Sequence record: PZ445489.1
Direction: 5' to 3' (one strand)
From: a phage
Length of the DNA: 64,000 bases
Below are positions 7,809 to 18,067 of this stretch, piece after piece (positions within the stretch are counted from its first letter, which is position 1; the number at the start of each line of letters is the position of its first letter). The notes under the pieces were generated by a model. That model was given only the letters and a program-made list of their open reading frames with translations, made no database searches and was not told where the DNA came from. Both the position numbers and the translations under genes were made by a program.

Positions 7809-10139
7809 ATGAGCCATCGCATTGAAAAAGTAATTAAACGTGACGGTACTGTAGAAGACTTTGCTCCTGAAAAACTCAATGGTTGGGCAGAGTATGGTTG
7901 CAAAACAGTTGATGTAAGTTGGTCAGCCATTACTATGGCTGCTCAAAAAACTCTACCTAAAGGGGTTGTAGATTCCGACACTCTGATGGACGCATTAATT
8001 AAAGCTGCTGAAAGTCTTATCAAAGATAATCCAGCATACGATGTGCCAGCAAAGGAATTACGTCTTGCGCAAATGCGTAAACGCCTTTATGATTCTTTCG
8101 AACCACCCTCTCTACGCTTCTTCCATGACCATATGGTTAGCGTAGGTGCATGGGAAGACATGAGTGCATGGATTACCGATGAGCAATTTGAAGCTCTGAA
8201 TCAGGTTATAGACCACGATCGTGACCGTCTTTTTACTAGTGGTGGACTGAAGCAGTTCTTTGATAAGTATTCCCGTCGTAACATAGCCACTGGTGAAATT
8301 TACGAAACCCCGCAGTTTGCCTACATGGGTATGGCAATGGCGATGTTATCTCAACCTAACTGGACAATTCTAGATGCAATCGACCTCTACAACGCAATGT
8401 CACTCCACAAAATCAACGTTCCTACGCCGCCACTGGTTGGTCTGCGCTCTAGTGACCGTGGATTTGCTAGTTGCTGCCTCGTGGATTCCACTGACACGTT
8501 GGATTCAATCGACACCGCCGAGCACATCGTCTTCAAAATGGTCGCAGCCAGAGCGGGAATCGGGTATCATCTTGAAAGCCGATCAATTGCTGATCCGGTG
8601 CGAAATGGGGCATTCCCACATTCCGGAAAACTGCCATATTATCGACACATTGACCGCTCAGTAAAGGCCAATACTCAGCAAACTCGTGGTGGTTCTGCCA
8701 CAGTGTCTTATCCATACTTCGACCCTGAAATCATTCAATTGATGCAGGTTAAGCAACAACGTGCTACAGATGAGAATAAAATCGATAAGATGGATTATTC
8801 TCTGAGCTTTAACAATCTTTTGTTAAAACGTTATCTTAAAAACGAGGATATTACGCTAATGTCATACTTCTATGCTCCAGAAGTTCATGAAGCGTTTTAT
8901 AGTGATGACGAGGCTAAATTTGAAGAAATCTACGTGGCAGCGGAGAAACGTGTGGCATCTCTTACAAAGATCGACCACGAAGGAAAAACAGTTCCTGCAG
9001 CTCCTAAAGTCTCTGCAAAAGAAATCCTAGATACTTGGCTACGTATCCGAATGGAAACAGGACGTATGTATGCTCATCACATCGGGGAATCTAATCGTCA
9101 CGGTAACTTCCTTGATCCAATCCGTATGACAAACCTTTGTGTTGAAATTACTCAGCCTACGCGCCCGTTCCATCATATCACAGAACTGTATAAGACAAAA
9201 GAGCAGCTTGATCAAATGAAGCCGGAGGATATTGGTGAAGTATCTCTGTGTAACTTAGGTGGTGTTGTACTGGGGCGCATGGAATCTCTGGCTGAGTGGG
9301 AAAAAACTTGCTACATCCTCCTGAAATTCGTTGATACAATTATTGAAATTCAGGATTATCCGTTCCCAACTATGGAATATACGGCTAAGAAACGTCGTAA
9401 TGTTGGTATTGGCCTAATGAACGCAGCAGGTGCAATGGCAGCAGAAGGTCTGGCTTATGAAGGTATTGAAGCCCGTAACTGGATTCACCGTGAGGCTGAA
9501 AAACTGTCCTACTTCCTGCATAAAGCCTCTGTACGCCTAGCTAAAGAACAGGGTGCATGTGAGTGGTTTGATCGTACTAAACCATCTAAAGGAATTCTGG
9601 TAATCGACACGTACAAGAAAACTGTTGATGAACTGGTATCCGTAGGTCTAGAAATGGATTGGGAGTCTCTGCGTGCAGATATTCTGAAATACGGTATGCG
9701 TAACTCTGTTCTGACTGCTCAGATGCCAGGAGAAAGTTCTTCTGTTCTGTTAGGTGTTACTAATTCTATTGAACCGCCTCGTAAGATTGTATCTATCAAG
9801 GGTAGTGCAGTGAATAAAGTAATTGCAATTGCTCCGGGTGCAACCGATTGGGAAACGTTAATGAGCTATAAACTGGCTTATGATGTAGATCGTATCGAGT
9901 GGATCAAATGGGTAGCAACTATGCAGAAATTCTTCAGTCAGTCTATCAGTACGAATATGTACTATGACTACACCAAGTTTGAGAATGAAATCATTCCTGG
10001 TCCAGTAGTAGTTCGTGATTTCATGACTGCTGTTAAGTATGGGTGGAAGACTTTCTACTACGCAAACTTCAACACCGCTAATGGTGGTGGTGCAGGGGAA
10101 GAATCCGCAGGCTGCGCTTCTGGTGGTTGTACCATCTAA
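7809..10139 (+). CDS. nrdA: ribonucleoside-diphosphate reductase alpha subunit (class Ia)
   Basis: ATP-cone HRIEKVIKRDGT, NLCVEI active-site region, C-terminal CASGGC; start chosen at ATG 7809 after promoter and RBS. Confidence 0.9.
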   Translation: MSHRIEKVIKRDGTVEDFAPEKLNGWAEYGCKTVDVSWSAITMAAQKTLPKGVVDSDTLMDALIKAAESLIKDNPAYDVPAKELRLAQMRKRLYDSFEPPSLRFFHDHMVSVGAWEDMSAWITDEQFEALNQVIDHDRDRLFTSGGLKQFFDKYSRRNIATGEIYETPQFAYMGMAMAMLSQPNWTILDAIDLYNAMSLHKINVPTPPLVGLRSSDRGFASCCLVDSTDTLDSIDTAEHIVFKMVAARAGIGYHLESRSIADPVRNGAFPHSGKLPYYRHIDRSVKANTQQTRGGSATVSYPYFDPEIIQLMQVKQQRATDENKIDKMDYSLSFNNLLLKRYLKNEDITLMSYFYAPEVHEAFYSDDEAKFEEIYVAAEKRVASLTKIDHEGKTVPAAPKVSAKEILDTWLRIRMETGRMYAHHIGESNRHGNFLDPIRMTNLCVEITQPTRPFHHITELYKTKEQLDQMKPEDIGEVSLCNLGGVVLGRMESLAEWEKTCYILLKFVDTIIEIQDYPFPTMEYTAKKRRNVGIGLMNAAGAMAAEGLAYEGIEARNWIHREAEKLSYFLHKASVRLAKEQGACEWFDRTKPSKGILVIDTYKKTVDELVSVGLEMDWESLRADILKYGMRNSVLTAQMPGESSSVLLGVTNSIEPPRKIVSIKGSAVNKVIAIAPGATDWETLMSYKLAYDVDRIEWIKWVATMQKFFSQSISTNMYYDYTKFENEIIPGPVVVRDFMTAVKYGWKTFYYANFNTANGGGAGEESAGCASGGCTI

Positions 10140-10198
10140 TATTAACAAGGGGACATACGTCCCCTTTATTAGACCTTCTATGGCTGTAATTTTAAATT

Positions 10199-10681
10199 AT
10201 GGAAGAAAAATACAAAGAAATAGTGGGGTTATTTGATTATAATCCAGAAACAGGGATATTTACCCATAAAGCTAGAGAAGATAAATCCTTCAATACTAGA
10301 TTTGCTGGCAAAGAAGCTGGTTCTCTAGAAAAATGCTCTGGATATATTGTAATGCAAGTAAAAGGCACTAAGTATTACGCGCATATCCTAGCATTCCTTA
10401 TCGTTAATGGGTATATTCCAAAGGAAGTAGATCACGATAATAGAATACGGCACGATAACCGAGCTATTAATTTAAAGGCCTCTGACAGACACAGTAATGG
10501 TAAAAATGTCGGGGCGCACAAAGATAATAAATTAGGTATTAAAAATATTCACCAAAAAGCGAGTGGATCTTACCAGGTACAGATAGCCCGTAAAGGTGTA
10601 AAATATACTAAAACATTCAAAGAACTTGAGGATGCTATAGAGTGGCGCGATATGAAACTATTGGAGCTTGATAGTTTATAA
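10199..10681 (+). CDS. HNH homing endonuclease
   Basis: HNH-like VDHDNRIRHDNRAINL plus C-terminal AP2-like DNA-binding region; sits between nrdA and nrdB. Confidence 0.7.
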   Translation: MEEKYKEIVGLFDYNPETGIFTHKAREDKSFNTRFAGKEAGSLEKCSGYIVMQVKGTKYYAHILAFLIVNGYIPKEVDHDNRIRHDNRAINLKASDRHSNGKNVGAHKDNKLGIKNIHQKASGSYQVQIARKGVKYTKTFKELEDAIEWRDMKLLELDSL

Positions 10682-10729
10682 TTTTACTTGCTAATCGCTA
10701 CCAGATTTGCTATAATATTCCTGAAATAG
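10676..10729 (+). promoter_or_regulatory. T5-type early promoter
   Basis: TTGCTA 10688-10693, 17-nt spacer, TATAAT 10711-10716. Confidence 0.6.
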
Positions 10730-10747
10730 TGAGAAAGAGGAAAATCA

Positions 10748-11893
10748 ATGACTACTTTACTAAACCTGAATTGGGATCATACTAATGCTGACCTTTTCCT
10801 GGGAGATTCTCTCGGTATCGCAGATTATGTACGTGTAGCACATCCAGAACTAGAACGTCTGGCACTTCTGCAACGCTCTCAATTTTGGACTGAAACTGAG
10901 ATCAGTCTGGAAGCAGATAAGAAACAATGGCCTAACCTCCCACGGGAAATTCAGGAAATTACACTCCTGAACTTAGCATGGCAGACTCAAACAGACTCCT
11001 TTATCAGTCGTGCTCCTGAAGCAGCTATTATGCCACTTGTAAGTCGTCCAGAATTGGAAGGTATGCTCAAACAGTGGAGCTATTTTGAAGACCTGCATAG
11101 TCGTGCTTATAGCAATATTATTCGTAATGTGCTGACTGACCCAGCAGAATTTATTGATTCTGTAACCAAAAACCAAGAAGCATTCGCACGCATCGCTGAT
11201 TCTGTTGAACTATTCGATGAACTGTACCTGTTAGGTCAGTATTTCATTGCAGTACGCGATCATCGTGGCGACAATACATACCCAGAAACTGAGTTCCCTG
11301 AAGTTAAACGTGAAACTCAGGCTAAACTATTAGACGCTTACTTTGCGATCTACGGTCTGGAAGCAATGCAGTTTTACGCATCCTTTGCATGTACCTTTGC
11401 ATTAGCAGAGAATGATATTCTGCAAGGTATTGCTAAAAATCTGCAATTAATCGCTAAAGATGAAGCTCTGCATACTCAGATGTCCAAAGCAATCATCCAG
11501 ATTATGTTTCAGCAATTTGACAAAGATCTGGTAGATGAAGCAGTGGCTAAAGCACCAGCACAGCTCCTGAAAACTCTGAAAACTGAAATTGAATGGGGTC
11601 ATTTCATTTTCAAAGGTCGTAGTCTGATTGGCTTGAACGCAGAACTTCTAGAAGAATATCTGTACTTTGTGGGGCGTAATGCATTTATGCACATTGGTGT
11701 AGAATGGCCTAGTCACTTACCAGTAATCACCAAAAACCCTATTCCGTGGATCATGAACTGGTTGGATACTACTTCTCTACAGCCTGCTCCACAAGAAATT
11801 CAGATTGGTGCAGCTTACCGTGTAGGTCAGGTAACTGAGACATCTACTGATACTCTGAAAGATCTGGGTAATGAATTTGGAGATTTCTTATGA
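10748..11893 (+). CDS. nrdB: ribonucleoside-diphosphate reductase beta subunit
   Basis: 381 aa; di-iron ligand motifs EDLHSRAY and EALHTQ. Confidence 0.9.
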   Translation: MTTLLNLNWDHTNADLFLGDSLGIADYVRVAHPELERLALLQRSQFWTETEISLEADKKQWPNLPREIQEITLLNLAWQTQTDSFISRAPEAAIMPLVSRPELEGMLKQWSYFEDLHSRAYSNIIRNVLTDPAEFIDSVTKNQEAFARIADSVELFDELYLLGQYFIAVRDHRGDNTYPETEFPEVKRETQAKLLDAYFAIYGLEAMQFYASFACTFALAENDILQGIAKNLQLIAKDEALHTQMSKAIIQIMFQQFDKDLVDEAVAKAPAQLLKTLKTEIEWGHFIFKGRSLIGLNAELLEEYLYFVGRNAFMHIGVEWPSHLPVITKNPIPWIMNWLDTTSLQPAPQEIQIGAAYRVGQVTETSTDTLKDLGNEFGDFL

Positions 11894-12423
11894 TTACAGC
11901 AATGTATGCAGTTGGGCCGAATGGGGAGTTCGGCCTCCGCGGTAAACTTCCATGGGGTTCCTTCAAAGAAGAACTAGATGCTTTCTATTCTCAACTGGAC
12001 GTGTTGAATCCAGATAACATCATCATTGGTGCGGGTACTTATTTAGCTCTTCCATACGCCGTTAGAGAACGTATGATTGGAGCTTCTGACCTATTTATTC
12101 GTGCTGATCGTCCACTGCCAGACGATATTACACATGATATTTACACTCCAATTTCTAAGATTGGGGATGCTTTACCTACATTTCTGAAAGATCAGCAGAC
12201 AGTAGTTCTAGGTGGGGCTAACCTTCTTCTAGAAATGTATATTCATGGACATATTGAAAGTGCTTTTGTATCCACAATCTTTAGTGATCAAAAACTAGAG
12301 GCAGATGTACATCTGGATAATACGATTCTAGATTACAACTACGAATCTACTCGTTTAGTTTACGCAACTGGCGCAAACAGTGATAACAGCCTGCGATTTG
12401 TACAGGAATTGGTTACTTATTAA
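11890..12423 (+). CDS. frd: dihydrofolate reductase
   Basis: 177 aa; N-terminal motif ending LPW; position between nrdB and thyA. Confidence 0.7.
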   Translation: MITAMYAVGPNGEFGLRGKLPWGSFKEELDAFYSQLDVLNPDNIIIGAGTYLALPYAVRERMIGASDLFIRADRPLPDDITHDIYTPISKIGDALPTFLKDQQTVVLGGANLLLEMYIHGHIESAFVSTIFSDQKLEADVHLDNTILDYNYESTRLVYATGANSDNSLRFVQELVTY

Positions 12424-13262
12424 TGCAACAATACTTAAAAATTTTGACAGATGTAACTTTACTAGGTGAACCCCGTAATGACCGTACAGGAACGGGCACA
12501 GTTTCAATTTTTGATTCCTATGCTAAGTTCGACCTACGTGAGGGATTCCCGGCTGTAACTACTAAACGCCTGGCCTGGAAATCAGTAGTAGGAGAACTCT
12601 TATGGTTCTTGTCTGGTTCCACAAATCTCCATGATCTACGTGTATTCACATTTGGTCGTGACGAAGGACAGTGGACCATCTGGACTCCAAATTATGAAGA
12701 CCAAGCTATAAGTATGGGGTATGATAAGGGTAATCTAGGACCAGTATATGGTAAACAGTGGCGCAACTTTGGTGGGCGAGATCAGATTCTAGAACTTATT
12801 GAAGGACTCAAGAATAATCCTCATGGCCGCAGACATCTAGTTTCTGCATGGAACGTAGCTGAACTTGATAAAATGGCATTACCACCCTGTCACTACGGCT
12901 TCCAGTGCTATGTAAGCAACGATGGATACCTAGATCTTAAATGGACACAACGTTCTGTAGACTGTTTTCTAGGCCTACCTTTCAATATTGCTAGTTATGC
13001 TTTATTAACACATATCCTGGCAAAACTGACCGGGTTAAAACCTCGCTACCTTATCTTTAGTGGCGGTGATACTCATATCTATAATGACCATATGGAACAG
13101 GTAGAAGAACAGGTAAAACGTAAACCTCGTTCTTTACCAACTCTAGTAATGCCAGAATTTGTAGATCTCTACGATTTACTGGAGAATAATACTGCAGCTT
13201 GGTCATTCCATTTAGAGGGGTACGATCCTCACCCAGCTCTTAAAGCTAAGATGTCTTCTTAA
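12423..13262 (+). CDS. thyA: thymidylate synthase
   Basis: Active-site LPPCHYGFQ and GGDTHIYNDH. Confidence 0.9.
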   Translation: MQQYLKILTDVTLLGEPRNDRTGTGTVSIFDSYAKFDLREGFPAVTTKRLAWKSVVGELLWFLSGSTNLHDLRVFTFGRDEGQWTIWTPNYEDQAISMGYDKGNLGPVYGKQWRNFGGRDQILELIEGLKNNPHGRRHLVSAWNVAELDKMALPPCHYGFQCYVSNDGYLDLKWTQRSVDCFLGLPFNIASYALLTHILAKLTGLKPRYLIFSGGDTHIYNDHMEQVEEQVKRKPRSLPTLVMPEFVDLYDLLENNTAAWSFHLEGYDPHPALKAKMSS

Positions 13263-13267
13263 CTCAA

Positions 13268-13295
13268 ATAGCCCTTTCGGGGGCTATTATATTTA
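13268..13295 (+). terminator. hairpin terminator after thyA
   Basis: tagccctttcgggggcta hairpin then AT-rich run. Confidence 0.45.
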
Positions 13296-13345
13296 AATTT
13301 CATTTGCTTATTTAGTGAAATTTAAATATAATATATTTTATAAAT
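13292..13345 (+). promoter_or_regulatory. T5-type early promoter
   Basis: TTGCTT 13304-13309, 17-nt spacer, TATAAT 13327-13332. Confidence 0.6.
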
Positions 13346-13357
13346 TGGAGGTATACA

Positions 13358-13639
13358 ATGATTTCAGCCAAAGAAGCCCAAGAACTTGCAGGATTAACAG
13401 AAGTACCCGCATTTCTAAAGTTTATAGAAGAAAAGATTGTAGAAGCTGCTAAGTCTGGAAATACAGAAGTAATTATTCGAGATAATCCTTACGCTAGGTG
13501 GCTATATAATCCTAGAGAAATGCCAGGAGCAGCTAAATCGGTACTAAAAACCTTATCGGATAAGGGGTATCATCTCTCACAATACTACCGAGAAGCCGCC
13601 TTTGTAGACATGGGTCTTAAAATTAGTTGGGAGGTATAA
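13358..13639 (+). CDS. hypothetical protein (93 aa)
   Basis: ORF with GGAGG RBS after promoter. Confidence 0.5.
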   Translation: MISAKEAQELAGLTEVPAFLKFIEEKIVEAAKSGNTEVIIRDNPYARWLYNPREMPGAAKSVLKTLSDKGYHLSQYYREAAFVDMGLKISWEV

Positions 13640-14115
13640 TGTCGGTTTTCCACATTTATACAGATGGTGCTTGTAAGTCTAACCCAGGTCCAGGTGCCTG
13701 GGGTTTTATTGTCTATGATGATAACGACGATCGTTTAGGTTCTAAATCTGGTTATAATCCTAAAACTACAAATAATGAGATGGAACTCACAGCTATCGTA
13801 GAAGCCCTACGTTGGTCTGTTAAAAAAGATAATAGACCAATTGCTATCTATACTGACTCTGCTTATTGCAAAAATGGTATGGAAAGTTGGATGTTTTCTT
13901 GGCAAAGGAAAGGCTGGAAGAAAGCAGATGGTGAAGTTCCTCTTAATCTAGAACTTTGGCAGGAAGCATTTAAATTAACACAGCAGTATATCAACTTTCA
14001 TAATACTAATCCTACCTTTATTAAGGTTAAAGGACATTCTGGTATTAGTGGTAATGAAGCTGTAGATGCATTGTGTAACACAGTTATTACTGAGCAAGAA
14101 CTTGCCGAGATGTGA
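13639..14115 (+). CDS. rnhA: ribonuclease H
   Basis: YTDGACKSNPGPGAWG, TNNEMEL, DSAY motifs; ATG 13639 after GGGAGG (track start 13627 is TTG). Confidence 0.8.
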   Translation: MSVFHIYTDGACKSNPGPGAWGFIVYDDNDDRLGSKSGYNPKTTNNEMELTAIVEALRWSVKKDNRPIAIYTDSAYCKNGMESWMFSWQRKGWKKADGEVPLNLELWQEAFKLTQQYINFHNTNPTFIKVKGHSGISGNEAVDALCNTVITEQELAEM

Positions 14116-14123
14116 TAAATAAA

Positions 14124-14177
14124 TTAAAAATCTTCTTGCTTAAAGCCCTCTAATTTAGTATAATATTCGTATTGAAA
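14124..14177 (+). promoter_or_regulatory. T5-type early promoter
   Basis: TTGCTT 14136-14141, 17-nt spacer, TATAAT 14159-14164. Confidence 0.6.
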
Positions 14178-14191
14178 GTGAGGAGGGCTTT

Positions 14192-14470
14192 ATGCGAATT
14201 TATAACTCAAATTCATTAGGATTTAAACCGTTGAGAAAACGTGCACAATCACCTCGTCAAATAAGAAAGGCTAATATTGGTGAGCCAGAGACACGTCTTC
14301 CGCCTCCTCCAGAACAACGTTTAGTTTATCTGGACGAAGAGTTAGCTGAACGCGAAAGAAAAGCTCAAGAAGAGATTGAGCGTAAGAAAATGTGTACTGC
14401 TCCAGCGTATAATAAAGGAGCGTATCAATATGTTTCCGACGCAGAACAAGCTAAGATGGTTGGTAGATAA
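14192..14470 (+). CDS. hypothetical protein (92 aa)
   Basis: ORF with GAGGAGG RBS. Confidence 0.5.
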   Translation: MRIYNSNSLGFKPLRKRAQSPRQIRKANIGEPETRLPPPPEQRLVYLDEELAERERKAQEEIERKKMCTAPAYNKGAYQYVSDAEQAKMVGR

Positions 14471-14471
14471 T

Positions 14472-14535
14472 TTTTAAAAAATTCATTTGCTAAACGCTTC
14501 AAATTCTTGTATAATATACTTCATAAATTGATAAA
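14472..14535 (+). promoter_or_regulatory. T5-type early promoter
   Basis: TTGCTA 14487-14492, 17-nt spacer, TATAAT 14510-14515, leader CATAAATTGATAAAC. Confidence 0.7.
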
Positions 14536-14553
14536 CAAAAAGGAAAACAAATA

Positions 14554-15069
14554 ATGGCTAAGCAGAAAAACGCAAAAACTCAAGCAGCTACTACAGTTAA
14601 AACTTTCCCGCAGACTGAGGCTAACCGCAAAGCTCGTCTGGAACGCCACCTGCGCAAGCACCCTACTGATGCTCAAGCTGCACAGGCACTGAATCGTCCG
14701 GCTCCGATTCGTCAAAAGCCGAAGGCTAAGAACGCTACTCGTTCTGTAGCCCGCCTTGTGACCTATGTACAAGGTTATGGTCACAAATCTGTTCCAGTAA
14801 CACTGAGTTTCAATGCTGGTGCAGAATTGTTCCCTCGTAATGGCATGGCCATGAAAGATTACGAGAAAGCAGTTAACCAGAAACGCAAACCAACGGCAGA
14901 TGTACTGCGTGATGCTCGTGGACAGTTTGGTTCTGTTAAGCCAAATATCTTCGGTGTAGAGTATAGCAAAGATAACGTTCGTGCTCTGTGTTACGGTGTA
15001 GGCATTAAGTTCACGGGTGATTCTGCTCGTAAATCTGCTAAACCAGCTCGCAAGCGTAAAGCGAAGTAA
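14554..15069 (+). CDS. basic Lys/Arg-rich protein, possible nucleic-acid binding (171 aa)
   Basis: Lys/Arg/Ala-rich composition, host-like codon usage. Confidence 0.5.
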   Translation: MAKQKNAKTQAATTVKTFPQTEANRKARLERHLRKHPTDAQAAQALNRPAPIRQKPKAKNATRSVARLVTYVQGYGHKSVPVTLSFNAGAELFPRNGMAMKDYEKAVNQKRKPTADVLRDARGQFGSVKPNIFGVEYSKDNVRALCYGVGIKFTGDSARKSAKPARKRKAK

Positions 15070-15072
15070 TAG

Positions 15073-15100
15073 ATAAGTAGGGGCGAAAGCCCCTACAATC
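15073..15100 (+). terminator. hairpin gtaggggcgaaagcccctac
   Basis: GC-stem hairpin right after stop; weak T-run. Confidence 0.4.
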
Positions 15101-15133
15101 TACTAATTCTCTAACTAATCAAGGATATTTTTT

Positions 15134-15349
15134 ATGTTCTCTAAGAAACCACGTTCTGTTACTGAAATCGTTGCTTCCTTTACCACTATCACTGATGAGC
15201 TTCAAGCTCGTATTGAGGCTGATCAAAAAATCGCAGCTGATATTCAGAAACAGCAGGAAGAACTCGCTTTAAAGTTGGCTGAAACTAACAAGAGTGAAAA
15301 GTCTGCCCAAACTATTATGGAAAATATCCTTAAACTGCTGGGCAAGTGA
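15134..15349 (+). CDS. hypothetical protein (71 aa)
   Basis: ORF. Confidence 0.45.
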   Translation: MFSKKPRSVTEIVASFTTITDELQARIEADQKIAADIQKQQEELALKLAETNKSEKSAQTIMENILKLLGK

Positions 15350-15355
15350 TTTAAA

Positions 15356-15385
15356 TCAGGGGGCGAAAGCCCCTCTTATTTGGAG
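15356..15385 (+). terminator. hairpin agggggcgaaagccccct
   Basis: Hairpin right after stop, followed by TTATTT. Confidence 0.4.
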
Positions 15386-15390
15386 AAACT

Positions 15391-15627
15391 ATGCGTAATT
15401 TTGTAGCAAAGAATGATTTTAACCGTGCTAGCACCCATAAGTCCACTAGAGATTATACACGACTTTCTAGTCATGAGGTAATGGATACCTGTTATGAAGA
15501 GCTGGAAGGTAGCTGGAATGAATGGCCTGACTTTTCTATGGAAGAGAACTGGGATGTCAGTGAGGATATGCTTCCTGGTTTTAAAGACCCCAAGAAGTGG
15601 GAGTCTATTAAAGAGACAGCTCTTTAA
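15391..15627 (+). CDS. hypothetical acidic protein (78 aa)
   Basis: ORF. Confidence 0.45.
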   Translation: MRNFVAKNDFNRASTHKSTRDYTRLSSHEVMDTCYEELEGSWNEWPDFSMEENWDVSEDMLPGFKDPKKWESIKETAL

Positions 15628-15655
15628 TAGTTTTCTACACAATAAAGGATAAGTT

Positions 15656-16357
15656 ATGAAAGTAAAACCATTTGGTATGCTAGATATTGAATCTCTAGGA
15701 ACTCCGGGAGATTGTGGTACTACTCATATTGTAATGCCTTCTTTCGCTTTTGTGGCTATGCATGGGATTGATAAAGACCCTGATCTAGTGTTTGTTACTT
15801 TAGATGTACAAGATCAGCTTAATTCTGGAGCTAAAGTTACGGCATCTACTCTAGCATTCTGGATGGATCAAGCTAAACATAGCCCGTCTGCTATCCACAT
15901 TATGGAAGCTATGAAGGAACGTAATCCAAAACTGATTGCCTTCCAAAATGGTAAACATCATTGCACTAATAAACTCGGCTCTAACTATGCTGCCTTCTCT
16001 ATGGCTAAAAACATTATGGAATTGGCTCTAGGCGACAATGCTTTGTACTATGGCAATGGCCCAGAGTTTGATATGACTATCTACTCTGCAAATACGTTCC
16101 ATGCTGGAACCAATGAAGAGGTAGTTCCGTGGAAATTCTGGAATTTGGGCAATGTTCGATCTCTTCGTAATCTCTGGATGCAAGCTGGATACAGTTATAA
16201 GGCTCTAGAGACCGAAGGTATTAGCTGGGCAATAGCTAAAATGGAGAAGATGGACACTATTCGTTATGGGATCTATCCGGTTAAGCATGATCCTGCATTT
16301 GATGCCTTAGTTGAAAGCTATTGTGTTGCAGCTATGATCGAAAAAATGAAAATTTGA
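15656..16357 (+). CDS. DEDD-type 3'-5' exonuclease-like protein
   Basis: N-terminal LDIESLG (DxE) and C-terminal HDPAFDAL resemble DnaQ-like exonuclease motifs; weak. Confidence 0.4.
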   Translation: MKVKPFGMLDIESLGTPGDCGTTHIVMPSFAFVAMHGIDKDPDLVFVTLDVQDQLNSGAKVTASTLAFWMDQAKHSPSAIHIMEAMKERNPKLIAFQNGKHHCTNKLGSNYAAFSMAKNIMELALGDNALYYGNGPEFDMTIYSANTFHAGTNEEVVPWKFWNLGNVRSLRNLWMQAGYSYKALETEGISWAIAKMEKMDTIRYGIYPVKHDPAFDALVESYCVAAMIEKMKI

Positions 16358-16405
16358 TTTGCTTCCGGCCCCAAAATTCTGTATAATATATTCATAAATT
16401 TGAGA
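16345..16405 (+). promoter_or_regulatory. T5-type early promoter (overlaps 3' end of previous CDS)
   Basis: TTGCTT 16359-16364, 17-nt spacer, TATAAT 16382-16387. Confidence 0.6.
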
Positions 16406-16427
16406 AAACAATAAAAGGAAAACAAAT

Positions 16428-16610
16428 ATGCCAGTATCTAAAAATGTTCGTAAAAATGGTAAGAAAGCTACTCGTAATCTGGGTATCCGTCGTATGGCTG
16501 AACGTCAATCAGGTATCCAGAAAATCTTTGATCTGCTAAATCGTGCTAATCCTAAAATTGATAACAGTAACGATACTGTTCTGCGCACTCTGCTGGCAAT
16601 TGGTCTGTAA
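16428..16610 (+). CDS. hypothetical basic protein (60 aa)
   Basis: ORF after promoter. Confidence 0.4.
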   Translation: MPVSKNVRKNGKKATRNLGIRRMAERQSGIQKIFDLLNRANPKIDNSNDTVLRTLLAIGL

Positions 16611-16663
16611 TAGACCAAATTTAAACAAATTCAAATCTCAAACTTCATATAAGGAAGCAAATA

Positions 16664-17302
16664 ATGACTACTCGTATCTCTAAAACTCGCGCTCTGGCAA
16701 CTATCAAATCTCTGGAAGCTAAAATCCGTAAAGCTACTGAACAACAGCTTCTGATCGCTGTTGGTGAAGGTAAGGATAAAAATAAGGTTGTAGTTGGCGC
16801 TGCAATCGAAGTAGACGATCTATCTGCTCGTATTAAGGCAGATTTCCAGTCTCTGCTGGATATGATGTCCCAGCGTGATCGTATCAAAGCTGCTCTGATT
16901 AAGAGCAATGCGGAAACAATCGTTGAGATTGGCTCTCGTAAGATGACTGTTGCGGAAGCAATTGAAGCTAAGCGTTCTATGGAACTTAAAGCTCAACTGC
17001 TGGCTAACATGCGTAAGCAGTTCCATGCTGCTACGGTTAAGTTTAACACGCAGAAAGTACAGTTTGATGCTAAATATGAGCGTTTGCAGGATAGCATGGC
17101 TACCCGCGATAAGAAAACTTCCGAAGATGAAGTTAAAATGCAGCTCAACCTGCTGGAACTCAAGAATACTCCATTCTTGATTGATCCGCTGGAACTGGAG
17201 AAGCTGATTAAGCAGCATGACGAGGAATATCAGGACTTTGCAACAAATGTTGACTTTGTTCTGTCCGAGTCTAACGCCTCTACCTTCATTGAAGTAGAGT
17301 AA
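16664..17302 (+). CDS. hypothetical coiled-coil protein (212 aa)
   Basis: ORF with host-like codon usage. Confidence 0.55.
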   Translation: MTTRISKTRALATIKSLEAKIRKATEQQLLIAVGEGKDKNKVVVGAAIEVDDLSARIKADFQSLLDMMSQRDRIKAALIKSNAETIVEIGSRKMTVAEAIEAKRSMELKAQLLANMRKQFHAATVKFNTQKVQFDAKYERLQDSMATRDKKTSEDEVKMQLNLLELKNTPFLIDPLELEKLIKQHDEEYQDFATNVDFVLSESNASTFIEVE

Positions 17303-17671
17303 TAATTTAAAAGCTAGTAAATCGGTAGACGAAAGCCCAAGCATCTTACCTCGCAGCAGCGGTTGAAATACGAGGTTAAATAAGACCGCTGACCATACTA
17401 TAAGGTATAATCTATTGGAGATTATGTTTATTACATCAGACATTTAATCTGACACGTAAAAACAAAGCGTCGTTGATATTACCGACACAACTTCAAAGAT
17501 CAACATTTAAGTATGAAAGCTGAAAAGTTTAAAGAACTCAAACTTCTAAACTTCTAAAGCTAAAAGATGCAAAGTATTCGTTGATGATTCAAACCCTAGA
17601 TCAAAGGTACATGGCTCATAAGATATGGCCTGTGGCGCCTCTAGGCTGTTTATCGGTTTACTAGTTTCACA

Positions 17672-17732
17672 ATTTAAAAATGTATTTGCTAATTTACTAA
17701 ATTATATGTATAATATATTTTTAAATTGATGA
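17672..17732 (+). promoter_or_regulatory. T5-type early promoter
   Basis: TTGCTA 17686-17691, 17-nt spacer, TATAAT 17709-17714. Confidence 0.65.
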
Positions 17733-17744
17733 AACGAGGCTATT

Positions 17745-18062
17745 ATGACTTTTCATATTTTGATTGATGATGTGCGTAATCTTCACGGAATGGACATTAT
17801 CATTCGAACCCCAGAAGCCGCTGTCGAGTTTCTGAATAAAACTGATACCACAGGCCACTTCGTTTATATGGATAATGACTTGGCTGTAGATGGTATGGAA
17901 GGTTATCAAATTCTTCGTTTACTCTTAGAATTTGGGCAGAGACCAAAGAAAGTGGTACTAGTAACCTCGAACCCAGTAGCTAAGCAACATATGCGTAATG
18001 ATTTGCTTGACTTAGGGTACAAAGAAAACCCCAATCGTGTTGAATATGATTGGCAGGAGTAA
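17745..18062 (+). CDS. hypothetical protein (105 aa)
   Basis: ORF after promoter. Confidence 0.5.
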   Translation: MTFHILIDDVRNLHGMDIIIRTPEAAVEFLNKTDTTGHFVYMDNDLAVDGMEGYQILRLLLEFGQRPKKVVLVTSNPVAKQHMRNDLLDLGYKENPNRVEYDWQE

Positions 18063-18067
18063 AAAGA